A stretch of DNA of 63,173 nt, filler included, from Octopus bimaculoides (GCF_001194135.2; 5 parts of 5 records of this genome joined end to end with filler, not necessarily neighbours in it); one strand, 5' to 3'. Shown: positions 1 to 13,659, counted from the whole stretch's first letter. Numbers and translations: made by a program. The notes: generated by a model not told the origin, from the sequence alone.

Positions 1-571
1 ATTTACCTATATTTAGGCAAGCGTAGAATACGGATGCACTTTTATCAATTTGACTACTCGCATGAGACATCCCTTTGTATTGAAAAAAAGTGGACTTGTT
101 TATCGATCGAATATTTTTGTCACACAGTCATTGAGATTGTTGTCATTTGCATAATCCTATAAAGTCCCGCATGTAGAATACAAATTCGCAAAACTTTTCT
201 GAAAACTCTAAAAAATAAAAAATATTATGAGGGGTTATATGTCATACATAATTCTATGATTTCATATCAAAACACAAGTGCTATTTTCAGGATGTTGACA
301 AAATGTGCAAATGATCAAATAACTACACTAACCTCTATAACTTTTTAAAAACATTTCTCAAGAAAAAGTTGAATAACTCCAGCAATTTAGCTTGGAAAGA
401 CATATTAATGTGCCAGATTTTAAAATTTTCGATAAACTTAGCATTTTTGAAATGCCAAAAGAAATAGATCCTTATTTGCTCCAGTAAAGACGTATCACCG
501 GACTCTGCTCCAATGACTTCTTCTCTTTGGGAATACCATACTACCTTTTGTTTTCGCATTTCATTTTACTG

Positions 572-2307
572 ATGCCTCCAGTCAAGAAAATTTGTTGACA
601 GTACAGTAGTGATTATTTATCATTTGGACTTATTCCCTCTCCTTATAACGAAGCAATGAAACCATCACGCTTGAAGTATCACTTTGATGCAAAGCATTCT
701 GACAAGACGCACAAGCTGTTGTCATACTTTTTGCAACTGAGCGCCTCTTTCAAAAAGCAAACACATTCAACATGCTACTCCAGAAAACTAGTAAACAGGA
801 GAATGATGGGTTGATTGCATCGTACAACATTGTATTGCTTGTTGCTAAGTCTGGGAAGTCTCACAGAATTGGAAAAAAACATTACTTCGCCCTGTTGTCA
901 AAGAGGTTTTGTTAACTGTTATGTACAAAAAAACCCGATAACGTTATGAAGAAGATCCCACTGAGTAATAATATGATTTCTCGATGCATCGATGAAATGG
1001 CCAACGATGTCAAACATCATCTCATTAATATTCTCCAGCATTCTGAATTTTCTATACAAGTGGATGAGTCAGCTGTTGTGGACAATCAATGTTTGATGAT
1101 GGTATATGTCCAGAATTTCAGCAAAGATCTTCAGCCTTGTGAGGAAATGCTATTCGCAGAGAAATTACCTCTTGATTCAAAAGGTGCAACTATTTTTCAC
1201 ACTCTCAATTCTTTCTTTTTTGAACGTAGTATCCCACTCAGTAATATTCTTGCCTGCGCATCTGATGGAGCCCCTTCAATGATAGGAAGATACAGAGGTT
1301 TTTCATCTCTCCTAACGCATGAAATTTCCCACCAGGTACTAACTGTCCATTGCTTGGCACACCGGCAGCATTTAGTGGCAAAAAATATGAAAAGTAGATT
1401 GAATGATGCGCTATAGTTATTTATCAGGATTGTGAACAAATTGAAGTCCAGTCCCTTGTCTGATCGAATTTTCTGTCAACTCTGTGTGAGAAATGATGAG
1501 GACTATACTAAACTCTTATACCATACCGAAGTGCAGTGGCTATCAAAAGGAAACTGTGTTTTATGCTTTGTTGAACTGCTTCAATTAATCATATCTTTCT
1601 TTGAAGATACTCCAATATCCACTTCATTGAGGGTTGCAAGGTGTGATATCTTTTTACTTTGTGATATAGTCATGAAACTAAAAAATTTGAATAAGTTATT
1701 GCAAGGAAACAAGAAACTCTCGTTGATTGTAAATCATTTATCACTAACTTCATTTCAAAATTGGTGCTGTATAAGACTAACATTTCAAAATGTCAATTCC
1801 CTCAATTTCCACAACTTCATTCTTTGAAAGATGAATTGGTTGATGAGGATTTAAATACATATCGCAATTATTTACAATCATTGCACTATGACATGTTGGA
1901 GCGATTTCAAGATGTTATTGTGCTGAATATTCCAAATTGGTATAGCAATCCATTTGAGGTTGATGCAGTTGATTGCTAGGATAACGTTCAGGAGGAATTT
2001 GATAGAATTACAAGATGACAATGACGCCACAATGCAATATCGTCGTAATGGCAAAGAAGGTTTGTGGTACCATCAAAGTATATTGAATTCCTACTCCAAT
2101 CTGTGGAAATGTCTGAAATTACTTTTGCTTGTCTTCCCTACCTTGTACCAAGTTGAATCTGGTTTTAGCCATTTTGGAACTTTACTTTCCCATAAAAGAA
2201 TTGGACTGGATGTGATACAACAAAGAGACTTGCGGCTAAAGGTGACAAGTTTGAAACAGAATGTATCTGGACTAGCTGCATCGCACAAGACACATGGTTC
2301 ACATTAA
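572..2307 (+). pseudogene. Decayed hAT (Buster/Charlie, SCAND3/ZBED8-like) transposase
   Basis: Frame-broken translation starts MPPVKKIC*QYSSDYLSFG..EAMKPSRLKYHFDAKH. It continues with FSIQVDES, LACASDGAPSMIGRYRG, TVHCLAHRQHL, LLYHTEVQWLSKG and ends VESGFS..DLRLKVTSL..HGSH*. Multiple stops and frameshifts. Confidence 0.9.
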
Positions 2308-2702
2308 AAAGTTGTATTATTTTCCTTTATGATACAATCATTAATTATTTTTGCATCGGTAGTTCTAGTCAATGGTTCATTTGGGGAGAATAAAAATCAG
2401 TGTAAAAGAAAGCACAAGTTTATCAAAGTTAATCTGTCTGCATAATATAGAGTTAACATTAGAATTTTATTCACACTAATGGCAAACCTACAACCTACAA
2501 TAAGAGATTTGTAAACAGCTGCATATTTAGTCCAAACAGCACTAACCAAGCAATGAGCTTACGATATAATGTGTGTGTCAAATGATACAAGGGGTATTCT
2601 CCTAGGGGATTTAGTGTTAGGGAGGGTTGTGTCAGGGTTTTTTTTACACAGGTGGTCAATGGAGAATTTTTCTGACCGATAGGTGGGCAATTTGGTGTGG
2701 AA

Positions 2703-2718
2703 AGTTTGGGAAACACTG
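2703..2718. mobile_element. Right terminal inverted repeat of the hAT element
   Basis: AGTTTGGGAAACACTG (reverse complement CAGTGTTTCCCAAACT) is a typical hAT/Charlie-type end, about 400 bp after the transposase stop. The left TIR was not found in the window. Confidence 0.7.
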
Positions 2719-2809
2719 TATATATATACATATATATATCATCATCGTCATTTAACATTTGCCTTCCATGCTGGCATGGGTGGGACAATATATATATATA
2801 AATGTGCAT

Positions 2810-3573
2810 ACCCGTGCATACCCGTCAGAGTGTAAGTATCTTGAGAGAAAAGCTGAACATAAGAAGCATCAGTAGTTGTGTGCAAGAGAGACGATTGTGC
2901 TGGTTTGGACATGTGGTGAGAATGAATGAGGATAGCTGTGTGAAAAAGTGCCACTCCCTAACAGTTAAGGGAACCCGTGGAAGAGGTAGGCCCAGGAAGA
3001 CCTGGGCTGAGGTGGTGAGGCAAGACCTTCGAACATTGGGCCTCACCGAGGCGATGACTACTGACCGAGACCTTTGGAAATGTGCTGTGCATGAGAAGAC
3101 CCGNNNNNNNNNNNNNNNNNNNNNNNNNNNNNNNNNNNNNNNNNNNNNNNNNNNNNNNNNNNNNNNNNNNNNNNNNNNNNNNNNNNNNNNNNNNNNNNNN
3201 NNNNNNNNNNNNNNNNNNNNNNNNNNNNNNNNNNNNNNNNNNNNNNNNNNNNNNNNNNNNNNNNNNNNNNNNNNNNNNNNNNNNNNNNNNNNNNNNNNNN
3301 NNNNNNNNNNNNNNNNNNNNNNNNNNNNNNNNNGGGTGGCACATAAAAGACACCATTTCGAGCGTGGCCGTTTTCGTGTGGGTGACACGTAAAAGCACCC
3401 ACTACACTCTCTGAGTGGTTGGCGTTAGGAAGGGCATCCAGCTGTAGAAACTCTGCCAAATTAGATTGGAGCCTGGTGTTGCCATCCGGTTTCACCAGTC
3501 CTCAGTCAAATCGTCCAACCCATGCTAGCATGGAAAGCGGACGTTAAACGATGATGATGGTGATGATGATGAT
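2810..3573 (+). mobile_element. 5'-truncated RTE-clade LINE 3' end with 3' UTR and (GAT)n tail
   Basis: RRLCWFGHVVRMNEDSCVKKC..RGRGRPRKTWAEVVRQDL..DRDLWK is a typical RTE C-terminus. After the N-gap the UTR ends CATGCTAGCATGGAAAGCGGACGTTAAACGATGATGATG. Confidence 0.85.
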
Positions 3574-3589
3574 ATGTGTGCATGTGTGT

Positions 3590-3627
<38 letters not shown>

Positions 3628-5212
3628 TTAGACACACATATATATAATCTAGATAACACTTAGACTATTCACCGATTGATGGACAGTTCTATTTATTAGA
3701 TGTTTATGTCAGTGTATGAATGTATGTTAATGTGTATGTGTGTATACTGGAATATGAGTGCAATGTGTGTTATTACTTTACCTACATGTAAATAGCTCTC
3801 TCAAAACTAGCATATTTCTACACTCTTTGCCATTTCAGTCACGTTGGGCATAAGAAGTGGTAGAAAGAGAAAGAGACAGTGAGAGAAAAAAGAAGAAAGA
3901 GGGAGAGAGAGTAAAAAAATGAGAATAATTTACCAATGCCATGTTGTTGCAGTAAGGAAGAATTCAAAGACTTCCAATTTAGCTGCTTAACCCAAAAGAC
4001 CATTCAGTGGTACATGAATAATATTCTTTGTTTTCTTCCATTATCGACAAAGCAACACAACTGGAGGAATTAATAATTTCTCCAAGACTGCTACTCTAAT
4101 AGATCCAATCTACTATTTAACAATATCCAGATATTTCTCTTTCTAATTTTATTATTTCCAATAACAGACCATAAAATTAATGCCATGTCATTTTTCTGTT
4201 TTATTTTGGTTGTTTTAAACGTGATTTGTTTAATGCTAGAACCACTAAAATATGCAGAAAGTGCTGTCTAGAATTTCATTTCTGAAACTAAGAATTAACA
4301 CATGAGTTATAACTTGAGAATTCTAATGCAATTAAGGAGATAATTTCTCTAAGCAGAATTGCTTTCAGTGGCACCAGTCTTAGAACCAATTCAATTGTGT
4401 GTGGAATCTTAGTTTCAAACAAAACAATAATAAAGAGAGTATATTTATTTGTGGCTGCAAATGAAAGGACATGATTCAAGACCTGCTGAGTAGTTTGTAG
4501 GCCAGAGATTTATGGAGTGTAAAAGAAGTCAGTGTATTATTATTTAGTTTGAAGTCTCTTTCTTGCAAAATTTTTTGATTGAAGTTGAATTTCCCAGTGA
4601 CATCGACATTTAAACTTTTAAGTGTACTATGTAGGGGGGTCAGGGTGGAGGAGGGTCAGGGTGGAGGAGGGTCAGGGCGGAGGAGAGGCTGGAATGAAAC
4701 AAAGAATTTACTGAGAAACTGAACTATTTAAAGAAATAGATAGAATGTAATAATGTAAAGAGTCAATAGAATTTGTCTGGCTTATGAGTGTCTGCGTTGG
4801 GGTGGGAGGTGTTACAATACTATCATCATCATTGTCATCATCGTCGTCATCGTTGTCATCATCATTATCATAAGTATCATCAGTAACTTTCTTTAACAAA
4901 TCACAGCAAAACAAAGCTACCATACACATAGTCCCATCCTTAACAACCATTATAAACTTCTGGATAGACAATAGACTGAGGGAACTTCTTTATATATACT
5001 GTGCCTGCTCAGGAACAAAACTTTACAAATCTTCTTCATAACTTCTTCATTATCATTTTACCTGCTCAGTGAGACAACTTCTACAATAATCATTACATCT
5101 GTTTAACAAGGCAACTATATGTCTTCCAGCTAAGGATCACATTCAAAGTGAATTGATGTTTTCTGTTGAAACAGAGTTGACAATGGCTTATCAGAATTAA
5201 TATCTAGTCAAA

Positions 5213-5410
5213 GTAAGGCAGCAAGCTGGCAGAATCATTAGCACACCAGGCAATATTTTTGGCATTTTACACATCTTTACATTCTGAGTTCAAATTCTGT
5301 CTTTCATCATTTTGGGGTCGATAAAATAAGTACCTATTGAGCCCTGGGGTCGTTATAATCAACTTACACCCTCCCCTAAAATTGCTGGCCTTGTGCCAAA
5401 ATTTGAAACC
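5213..5410 (+). mobile_element. SINE (family with GGGGTCGATAAAATAAGTACC central domain)
   Basis: Homologous inverted copies at 14111-14312 and ~36555-36730. Ends GCTGGCCTTGTGCCAAAATTTGAAACC. Confidence 0.75.
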
Positions 5411-6249
5411 AATATCTAGACAAATTGGACAGCAAAATAGACTAGAAAAACAACACTATGGTAACAGGCTACATTGAAACTTGATAATGTACTAATTCAA
5501 AAAATTCTTTTGTCCCACATTAAACAGTATTGTGATGAAAGACAACCCAACCATGGATATCCAATGAGGGAAAGAGAAAAAGAAAGAGATAGATTGATAG
5601 ACAGCATACAGAAATGTCACATTGATCACAAAATTCTGAATGAAAAATGGCATAAAGTAAAGAAGATGAATGAGAGATGTCTCGTAAGTAGGTACAACCA
5701 TGTTTTCAAGAGACAAGTGGAGCCCTTAAGTGGGTTCTCCTTTGTTAACTATGTTTATGAGACAAAATAATGTTAAGGGCAAAAACATTGCTTTCACTAA
5801 AATTCTCAAGAGTACGAAACTAGTGATGTACAACAGCAAAAGAAGCTTCCAAGAGATCTTGCTCAGCAAAATCACACTAGAGGTTAATGAGAATGGTAAG
5901 AGGTTCAAAGGTTGTCTATGGGTGTTTTGAGATGATAGAAGTAAAACTGATGGAATAATAATTAGCCAGCTCCAAATGGTTATCATTTTTATCAATGGAA
6001 CATAGTGTTATGTGCCTGTATATTGGGATCGATCTTTGTAGAAAGTGCGAGACAGTTAGATTGAGAAGTTTAGTGAGGATAAAATAAAGGGCTCAAAAAC
6101 TACCAAACCCTGGACAATTTCCCCAATTAAGAGAAAATCAGGGGAAAAAAACAGAATAATGATAAAAGTAATTAGATTTTTTTTTATTTTCATGTTTTGT
6201 CTGTTATCCAAAGAGAAGAATTACTCATTAATAAGTTTCATATTCTTCA

Positions 6250-6800
6250 TCCGCCAGGTGCCCTCCCCATGTCCAGGCTTCAGCTTGTTAAGGTTCTCCA
6301 GTTCTTTCCGTGTGGTGCTGCATGTACACAATCAGCTAGGCTCTTGTTTCCACTCCATTCTTTGCTGTCATCAGTTTACAAATGTCTTTGGCAGCCTCTT
6401 TCTCTCTTCCCTCTACACTTCTCATCAGGATGGTCTTGGGCAATGACTCATGGTCATTATATGCCCCAAATATGATAGCTTTGTCAACTTGGCTCTTGAC
6501 AATAATTATCTTTAGAGTTTCATTTTGCCTAGTACAGCAGTGTTTGTTACCCTGTCTTTCCAGCTGATCCTTTCCATTCTGTGAAATATCCACATCTCAA
6601 AGGTACCAATCTTCCAAGTTTCTGCCCCGTACAAGACCACTGACATAATATAGCAGTTTATTAGCCTCAATTTTAGATGCAATGTTCTGTCTTTTGAGGT
6701 GAAGCTCTTTTACATTTTCATAGATGTAGTTTTAGCCTCTTTTTTATTCTTTGGGTGACTTCTTTTTCATAGCTATCTTCTTGATTTATTGCTTGTCCGA
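6250..6800 (-). mobile_element. Degenerate RTE LINE fragment
   Basis: Minus-strand translation VVLYGAETW..FEMWIFHRMERISWKDRVTNTAVL..YLGHIM and LPKTILMRSVEGR. Confidence 0.75.
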
Positions 6801-7149
6801 AACATTTTTTACTTGTTCAAGCTGCTGTCTATTTATATTTATATTTGTTTATATTCTTATATCACTGTAATTATACTATGACAATAGCAGACTGTGAGTT
6901 GTATAGAAATACAATAATGATTGATAATTCCAATAATCTTTAACTGTCTGGGGACAGTTATTTAGAGGCAGTTGTCCAGATGGTGGCAGTTGTCCAGATA
7001 TCCAAATGGCACTAACTCTAGGGAAGAGTATTTGAGAGCAAAGAAAAGAAGACCCAAAGGAGATTAGTAATCTTGTTGGTTAAATAAGATTAGACAAGAT
7101 TTTGTATTGTACTTAATTGTGTGTATGCATTTGCCTTGTGATAATCTAT

Positions 7150-7345
7150 ACAATGTCTATGTGCAGTGCCTGGTGGTGCTATTTTCTGTACATGCATATG
7201 GAAGTATTAAGAGTTTGGTTATGTAATTATCTACATCTTTTTTTTTTCTCATCATTTCCAAGGCAACTATTAATATTATTATGGGAATTATTTCAGTATC
7301 CATTGTTGATATTCCGGTTATCTCTATTTCCAGATCTTTATATTT
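7150..7345 (-). mobile_element. Old R4/Dong-like retrotransposon C-terminal (RLE) remnant
   Basis: SKYKDLEIEITGISTMDTEIIPII and VQKIAPPGTAH match the younger copy at 47750-47974 (KYKDLEIEITRMW..IQKIALLGTAHILRK). Confidence 0.7.
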
Positions 7346-7557
7346 TGACTGGATTATGATGATCTTAGAATGTTGGGAACAAAAGTGGTGATGGTGGTGA
7401 GGACCATGATCACAGTAGCAAACTAAGAACACTGTAGCAAGTGCAAATGTTCAACTGAATTTTCTATATTTCTCTATATCCATTGCCAAAAGGTCTCCAG
7501 TTAGCAATAACAGAATAGTAGTGGTGATGTACCTACACAGCGGCTCTAACTCTGCTT

Positions 7558-7558
<1 letters not shown>

Positions 7559-7625
<67 letters not shown>
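7559..7625. repeat. (TAG)n microsatellite
   Basis: Pure trinucleotide run seen directly. Confidence 0.95.
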
Positions 7626-8128
7626 TTCTGCTCTAGTTTCTTTTCAATTATCCTATGACAATTATTCATCAATTCACAGAATTGATAGCTGCTGTGCCAA
7701 AATCCACTTTGATATTAAAGGATAATCTACTTGACACCTCTTTCTCTCTCTCTCCCTATCTATCTATCTATCTATCTATCTATGTATCTACATATATCTG
7801 TATCTCTCTCTCTCTCTCTTGCTTTCCCTTTCTATTCCTACTGACTGCTGCAAGCTGCTTAAGATGAAGAAGAAAAATAACCCTATTTACATCCAATGTG
7901 AAGAAAGCTATGGTGTTTGATGAATCTTATCCCACTCATCATTTATTGAATGATATCAAAAGGCAAATGACTTTGCTATGAACATTTGAGTGTCTCTCTA
8001 TCTATCTAGCTCGCTAGCTAGTTGTCTGCCTGTCTATCTGTCTGTCTGTCTGTATGTATGTATGTCCGTTTGTCTGTCTGTTTGTCTGTCTATCTATCTA
8101 TGTATATATATTTATCTGTCTATCTGTT

Positions 8129-8160
<32 letters not shown>

Positions 8161-8288
8161 AGTCTGTCTATATCTGTCTGTCTCTTTCTCTCTCTCCCCT
8201 ATCCCTCTCTCTCTCTGTCTATCTATCTATATATCTATTTATCTATCAAACTAACTATATATATATCCACATCCCATGCCTCTACCCC

Positions 8289-8366
8289 CACACCCCTGTC
8301 CCACACCCCTGTCCCACACCCCTGTCCCACACCCCTGTCCCACACCCCTGTCCCACACCCCTGCCC
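8289..8366. repeat. 13-bp minisatellite CACACCCCTGTCC x6
   Basis: Six near-identical tandem units; source of the PTPLSH/TPVPHPC ORFs. Confidence 0.9.
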
Positions 8367-8739
8367 CCACATCCCACCCACACCACACCACACTACACAC
8401 CACACCACACACCATCATCCATACACACACACTTATACATTCTCATATACACACACATGCATGTGCACCTTCGTTTTGGGATCACCAATACTTTGTTATC
8501 TCCCCTTCTTTCAGCCTCTCCTGTCAGACCTTTAATTCCAACCATTCACCATGCTTGACTGCTAAATCCACAAGTTTATTTATTCTCTCTCTGTTTATCT
8601 TCTCATGTTCCTTTCTGTTGAAGAACGTAGGCTTGGAACGAGAAAGACTTTCTCGCTTTCCCAAGCGTTAAACTAATACACCTGGTTGTTGTTCATATAC
8701 CTGTCTTCGTCTTTTGTTTTTCTGTAAATTTCAAATATA

Positions 8740-9300
8740 TCATCATCATTATCATCGTCTTTTAACATCTGCTTTCTATGCTGACATGGGTTGGATGGTT
8801 TGACTGAGGGCTGGCAAGCCAGAAGGCTGCACCAGGCTCCAATCCGATCTGGCAAAGTTTCTACAGCTGGATGCCCTCCCTAATTCAAGAGTGTAGTGGG
8901 TGCTTTTTATGTGCTTCCGGCACAAGGGCCAGTCAGGCAGTGCTGGCATCAACCACACTTGAATGGTGCTTTTTACGTCCCACTAGCACAGGAACCAGTC
9001 AGGTGGCACTGGCAATGACCACACTCAAATGGAGCTTTTTATGTGCCACCAGTGTGGGACCAGTCAGGCAGCACTGGCATCAACCAAGCTCGAATGGTGC
9101 TTTCTTATGTGCCACCGGCATGGGTGCCAATCAGGCAGTACTGTCATCGGCCATGACAATGACTTCACTTACCTCAACAGGTTTTCACAAGCGCAACCAA
9201 ATCCACTCACTAGGCTTTGGTCAGTGTGGCACTATAGTAGATGTCTGGTCAAGCTGCCATACAGTGGGGCTGGACCTGGAACCATGTGGTTGGGAAGTTA
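8740..9300 (-). mobile_element. RTE-type 3' UTR / SINE composite, inverted
   Basis: 8740-8900 is the reverse complement of the tail at 3420-3573. 9230-9300 is an inverted SINE head (GAACCATGTGGTTGGGAAG). Confidence 0.65.
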
Positions 9301-9344
9301 ATGTCTTTTCACATAGTCCCACCTATTCAAATATATATACATAC

Positions 9345-9510
9345 AGGTGCAGGAATGGCTGTGTGGTAAGAAGCTTACTTCCCAACCACATGGTTCTGAG
9401 TTGTTCAGTCCCACTGAGTGGAACCTTGGGGTAGTGTCTTCTACTATAGCCTCAGCCCAACCAAAGCCATGTGAGTGGATTTGGTAGATGGAAACTGAAA
9501 GAAGCCCATC

Positions 9511-9548
<38 letters not shown>

Positions 9549-9760
9549 GTTACGTGTGCATGTGTGTGTATTTGTGTGTCTGTGTTTGTCCCACCACCAT
9601 CACTTTTGGCATGTTTACATCCCTGTAACTTAGCGGTTCAGTAAAAGACACCAGTAGAATAAGTACTAGGCTTACAAAGAATAAGTCTTTGGATTGATTT
9701 GTTTAACTAAAGGTAGTGCTCCATCATGGCTGCAGTCAAGTGACTGAAACAAGTAAAAGA
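9345..9760 (+). mobile_element. tRNA-derived SINE (CORE-like) with internal (TG)n
   Basis: Head AGGAATGGCTGTGTGGTAAGAAGCTT..GGTTCTGAG..TCAGTCCCA (A/B-box-like), then a CCTTGGG..GTGTCTTCTACTATAGCC core and a tail ending ACTGAAACAAGTAAAAGA. Homologues at 25942, 26560, 53650 and 60652. Confidence 0.8.
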
Positions 9761-9789
9761 AGTCGAACAAATCAACCCCTGGACTTATT

Positions 9790-11404
9790 CTTGTAAATGA
9801 TTGTCCCTGTTACACTAGCAGTGTCATTCATTTCCAGTATTCTGTTAACTCTATGAACTCTAAGAAAAGTTCTATTTCTTACCTATAAGAAGAGGCAGAA
9901 GAGACAATATTCCAAGACATTGAGAAATTTATGTTATCTCTTTAAATTGCTATACCTTTTTGGATAAACTAGTACTACATTCTTTCCGAGGATCATTAAA
10001 TGATGATTTATGATTATTCAAACATAATTTAAAAGGGGTCTGTGTGAAACCTATATAATGGAACCTAGAGAGATCATGTGTTGTAATAGTAGCTTTATAT
10101 ACAACTTTTTTCATTTTACAATTACCTTTAACCTCACAGGTGTTAGGGTTTCTACAGTTACAGTTGTTACTAATATTAGACATACTGTTGTTATGTGTAT
10201 ATGTATTGATAGAGACAGAGTCTGTATGGGTATGGGAATCGTTGGTAGAAGGTCTAGGGTTATTTGAGTAATTGGGGTTAGTATTAGTAGTAGAGGAGGT
10301 TGAATTCTTGAAGTAAAGATTTTGTTTTCTATTGTTAAAAGATGAAATAATCCTAAATAAGTTAAGAGGAACAGAAAAGCCAAATCTAATCATTCAGTTA
10401 TTGAATATCCCAGCATACCTAGATTTACTAAAATTAGATTTAATAATAGAATGAATAGACTTTATAAAGTTAAATTTCAAATGTTTAGCAAAAGGAAATA
10501 TAATCCAAATTATGCTATTATTGTGTTTCTTATTGGTATGGTGGTTTTTATTAGACGGGTCACCCATTCGAATATATGGTATAGGTTTCTTTTTACCTCT
10601 CGTATTATTACTACCATTACTAATATTATTATTATTATTATTATGGTTGTTATTATTATTATTATTATTTTATGTTTGACTTTTGTTTTGCATTTGTACA
10701 AGTTGGATCCAAGTCTCACTCAGAAACCTCAAGAGACAACAAGTTAGAAGTTCATGTAGGTGTTATGCCTAGGGTACCATATATTTGGATTTGTACAGTT
10801 TTGTTCAAGTGAATGTTTAAGAAACCATAAGAAAATTATGTGTTTGCTTTAAAATTTGAGATCACATAGACAGTATTTTACGTAGGATATGGGCAGTTCC
10901 CATGAGCACTATCTTTTGAACTTCAGCCATTTTGGGGTTTCCTGGAATCTGATCTAGGTAGTAATCAGCCCGTTTCGCTGTCATTCCCAGGGCACCTATG
11001 ACAATAGGTATNNNNNNNNNNNNNNNNNNNNNNNNNNNNNNNNNNNNNNNNNNNNNNNNNNNNNNNNNNNNNNNNNNNNNNNNNNNNNNNNNNNNNNNNN
11101 NNNNNNNNNNNNNNNNNNNNNNNNNNNGACAGATACGTTTATATCGATTGGGACAGTCATATCAATGAGGAGGCATGATTTTTGTCTGAAGTCTTTCAGT
11201 ATGATGTCTGGCCTATTTGCGTCTATCTTTCTGTCAGTTTGAATGGTGAAGTTCCAGAGGAGTGCAATGTGATCATTTTCAAGTACTGGGGGTGGTTTGT
11301 GTTCCCACCAGTTTTTATCATGGGGCAAGTCCAGGTTTTTGCATATTACCCAGTGAATATATTGTGCAGCTCTATCATGCCTGTTGAGATACTCTGTAGG
11401 CACA

Positions 11405-11475
<71 letters not shown>

Positions 11476-12830
11476 AGTATTGAACATCATTAAAATGGGT
11501 TATGCAGTTGTGTAGGAAATTAAGAGTATGCGAAGAAATAAGAGGAGATTTTTTGTGAAAGGACATTGTTTCATGTTACTATTTCCAGCTATGTTAGTGT
11601 TTTGCCCGCAATGACTGTCTGTAACATTACAATTGTTTATATTATTAGAAATATTGGTATTGGTAACAATCTGGTTAGTAAAAGTCTTGTTAATTGGTCT
11701 ATAGTTGTTAAGAATTTTTTTTCCTTTTTGTGGTGGAGTTATCTTTACAGATATACTTCCTAGAATTAAGTTGTGTGCCAAGGTGTTCCAATTCATGATG
11801 GTGTTTGGAATTCGCAGTGTGTTTGTTGAAATTCTTATCCATATAACTGTTGGTGTGATTGGGAGACTCATTGTTAATTTTGTTGTACTTAATTTGATAT
11901 TTGTAACCAGTATTCCTAAGAGCAAGATTGTAATAGTCTTTATGTTTATTAAAAATTTCTTCATTTGAGGATAATGAGTTAATTCTATTTTCAATGTTGT
12001 AAGGTATGTTATCAAGAATGCTAGAAGGATGATTGCTCTGTGCATGTATATAAGTGACATTGCTATTAGGTTTATGGTATGGTTGGTAAGATGATGTAGC
12101 AAGGTTAAAATTTACATCCAGGAAGTTCACAGAAGTGTAATCCTGCTCAATGGTGATGAGCCCATGACTTTTGAAAAATTTGAGTAACCTTTTCTGATAT
12201 ATTTTAATATTACATTAGGAGGCATTTCGAACTACAAACAGAGCATCATCCCTATAGAGACCACCTTCAAATTCCGGGAGTTCCTTATGGAGTAGGTGTA
12301 GTAAATAAATCCTGACTAAGTCTGTAACTTCGGCTGAATCTTGTGCGCCCATTGGTATATCAAAGCAATCTGGTGTGTCCTTTCTAGTCCAAAATTTTCC
12401 TTGGTGAGAAATTATGGTCTTCCTCGCCTCAAGTATAACTTTTATTTCCTCCATTGATAGGTTAGTCCTATTCTTTGTGAAAATAAGAGCCTTATTAAGT
12501 AGAATAGGACTAATTGATTGATAATAATTATCAATGTCAAATTAGATGAATTTTGATTTCTTGTCACTTAAGCATTGAAACCATTTTATAATTTCTAGTG
12601 TGTTTGACCATAAGTGGAATTTAATTTTTGATTTAAGGACATTAATGTATTTATCCAGAATAAGTTTACTAAGTTTCCCAATGTCTGGCTTACAAGGACA
12701 AATAAGCTGCACTTTTGGATCTGAATGAAAATTTGGTTTATGGTCCTTCAGGGTAATCCTGGGTCTAGAAGGTTGGTATATTTCAGTGACATCATCAATT
12801 TTGTAATCACTCATTATCTTCTGGATCCCC
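9790..12830 (-). mobile_element. Penelope-like element (RT + GIY-YIG), decayed, interrupted by an R4-like insertion
   Basis: PRITLKDHKPNF, FDIPMGAQDSAEVTDLV, GGLYRDDAL, VNFLDVNFNL..YQPYHKPN..YIHAQSNHP, then CNCRNPNTCEVKGNC..VVYKATIT..YIGFTQTPFK..NHKSSF. Confidence 0.92.
10669..11403 (-). mobile_element. 5'-truncated R4/Dong-like non-LTR retrotransposon (family B)
   Basis: EYLNRHDRAAQYIHW..LLWNFTIQTDRKIDANRPDIILKD..CLLIDMTVP and PIVIGALGM..VQKIVLMGTAHILRKILSM*, then a 3' UTR. Flanked by (ATT)n on both sides. Confidence 0.9.
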
Positions 12831-12866
12831 CAAAAAGTTTGAATTGTTCTTTTTGAACTTATTTTT

Positions 12867-12912
<46 letters not shown>

Positions 12913-12927
12913 ATCAANNNNNNNNNN

Positions 12928-12968
<41 letters not shown>

Positions 12969-13659
12969 ATCAATGCTAGATGTGTCGAAACAATTGTCAT
13001 GATTCATAATAAATTCTCATATATTCCATCTTCCATCTTTCTTTTACCATATACATGTATGTATGTGTGTATGTATGTATGTTCGTATGTATGTATGTAT
13101 GTATGTATGTATGTATGTATTATATAAACATGTGCACTAACACACAAGTAAAGGAAAGATAACAGATAGAGAATATTTGTGATGCATTAAAAGTAAGTTT
13201 GATGATTCTAACATCAGTTATATCAAAGCAAGGAAAATAGATACTACTGTTTGATAGTAAATGTTAGGTAATGGATTAAAGGACTTGCAGTTTTTAGATA
13301 TAACCTTTTACATTCTTATTTCAAATTCTGTCATGGCCAACTTTTACTTTTATTCTCCAGGGTTGTTAATAAAAATACTAACCATGTCTTGAGGTTGATA
13401 TAGCTTAAATAGTTGGCTATATTCTCCCACCAAAAATTTTGCCCTTGTACCTATATCTAGAATGATAATGCTGTCATAGTTGTGGTTTAATTTCTTCATG
13501 CCAAAAGATGATGGGTGAAGACATGCCTAATCATTTTTAATAACACAAAAGTAAATAATGTAAAGGACTTAGATATTTACTCAGTTATTTCTATCAAATT
13601 AACCACAAGAACTCAAAGTATATACAAGTTGTTCAATCTCATTCAACAGTTGCACACTT

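Noticed and set aside
4708-4971. Asp-rich 87-aa ORF
   Set aside because: Explained by a degenerate (GAT/GAC) microsatellite; no recognisable domain or clear splice context.
5474-6130. Cluster of short ORFs as a host gene
   Set aside because: Many stops, no recognisable motif; at best a very old LINE remnant that I cannot support.
9345-9420. SINE heads as tRNA genes
   Set aside because: Only degenerate A/B boxes with no full cloverleaf; they continue into SINE bodies.
12880-12975. Duplicated TATAGGGATCAA either side of a short gap
   Set aside because: Probably a contig-overlap artefact around a (TA)n tract.
12965-13010. GTCGAAACAATTGTC near the Penelope 5' end as a hammerhead half
   Set aside because: No CUGANGA core is visible.
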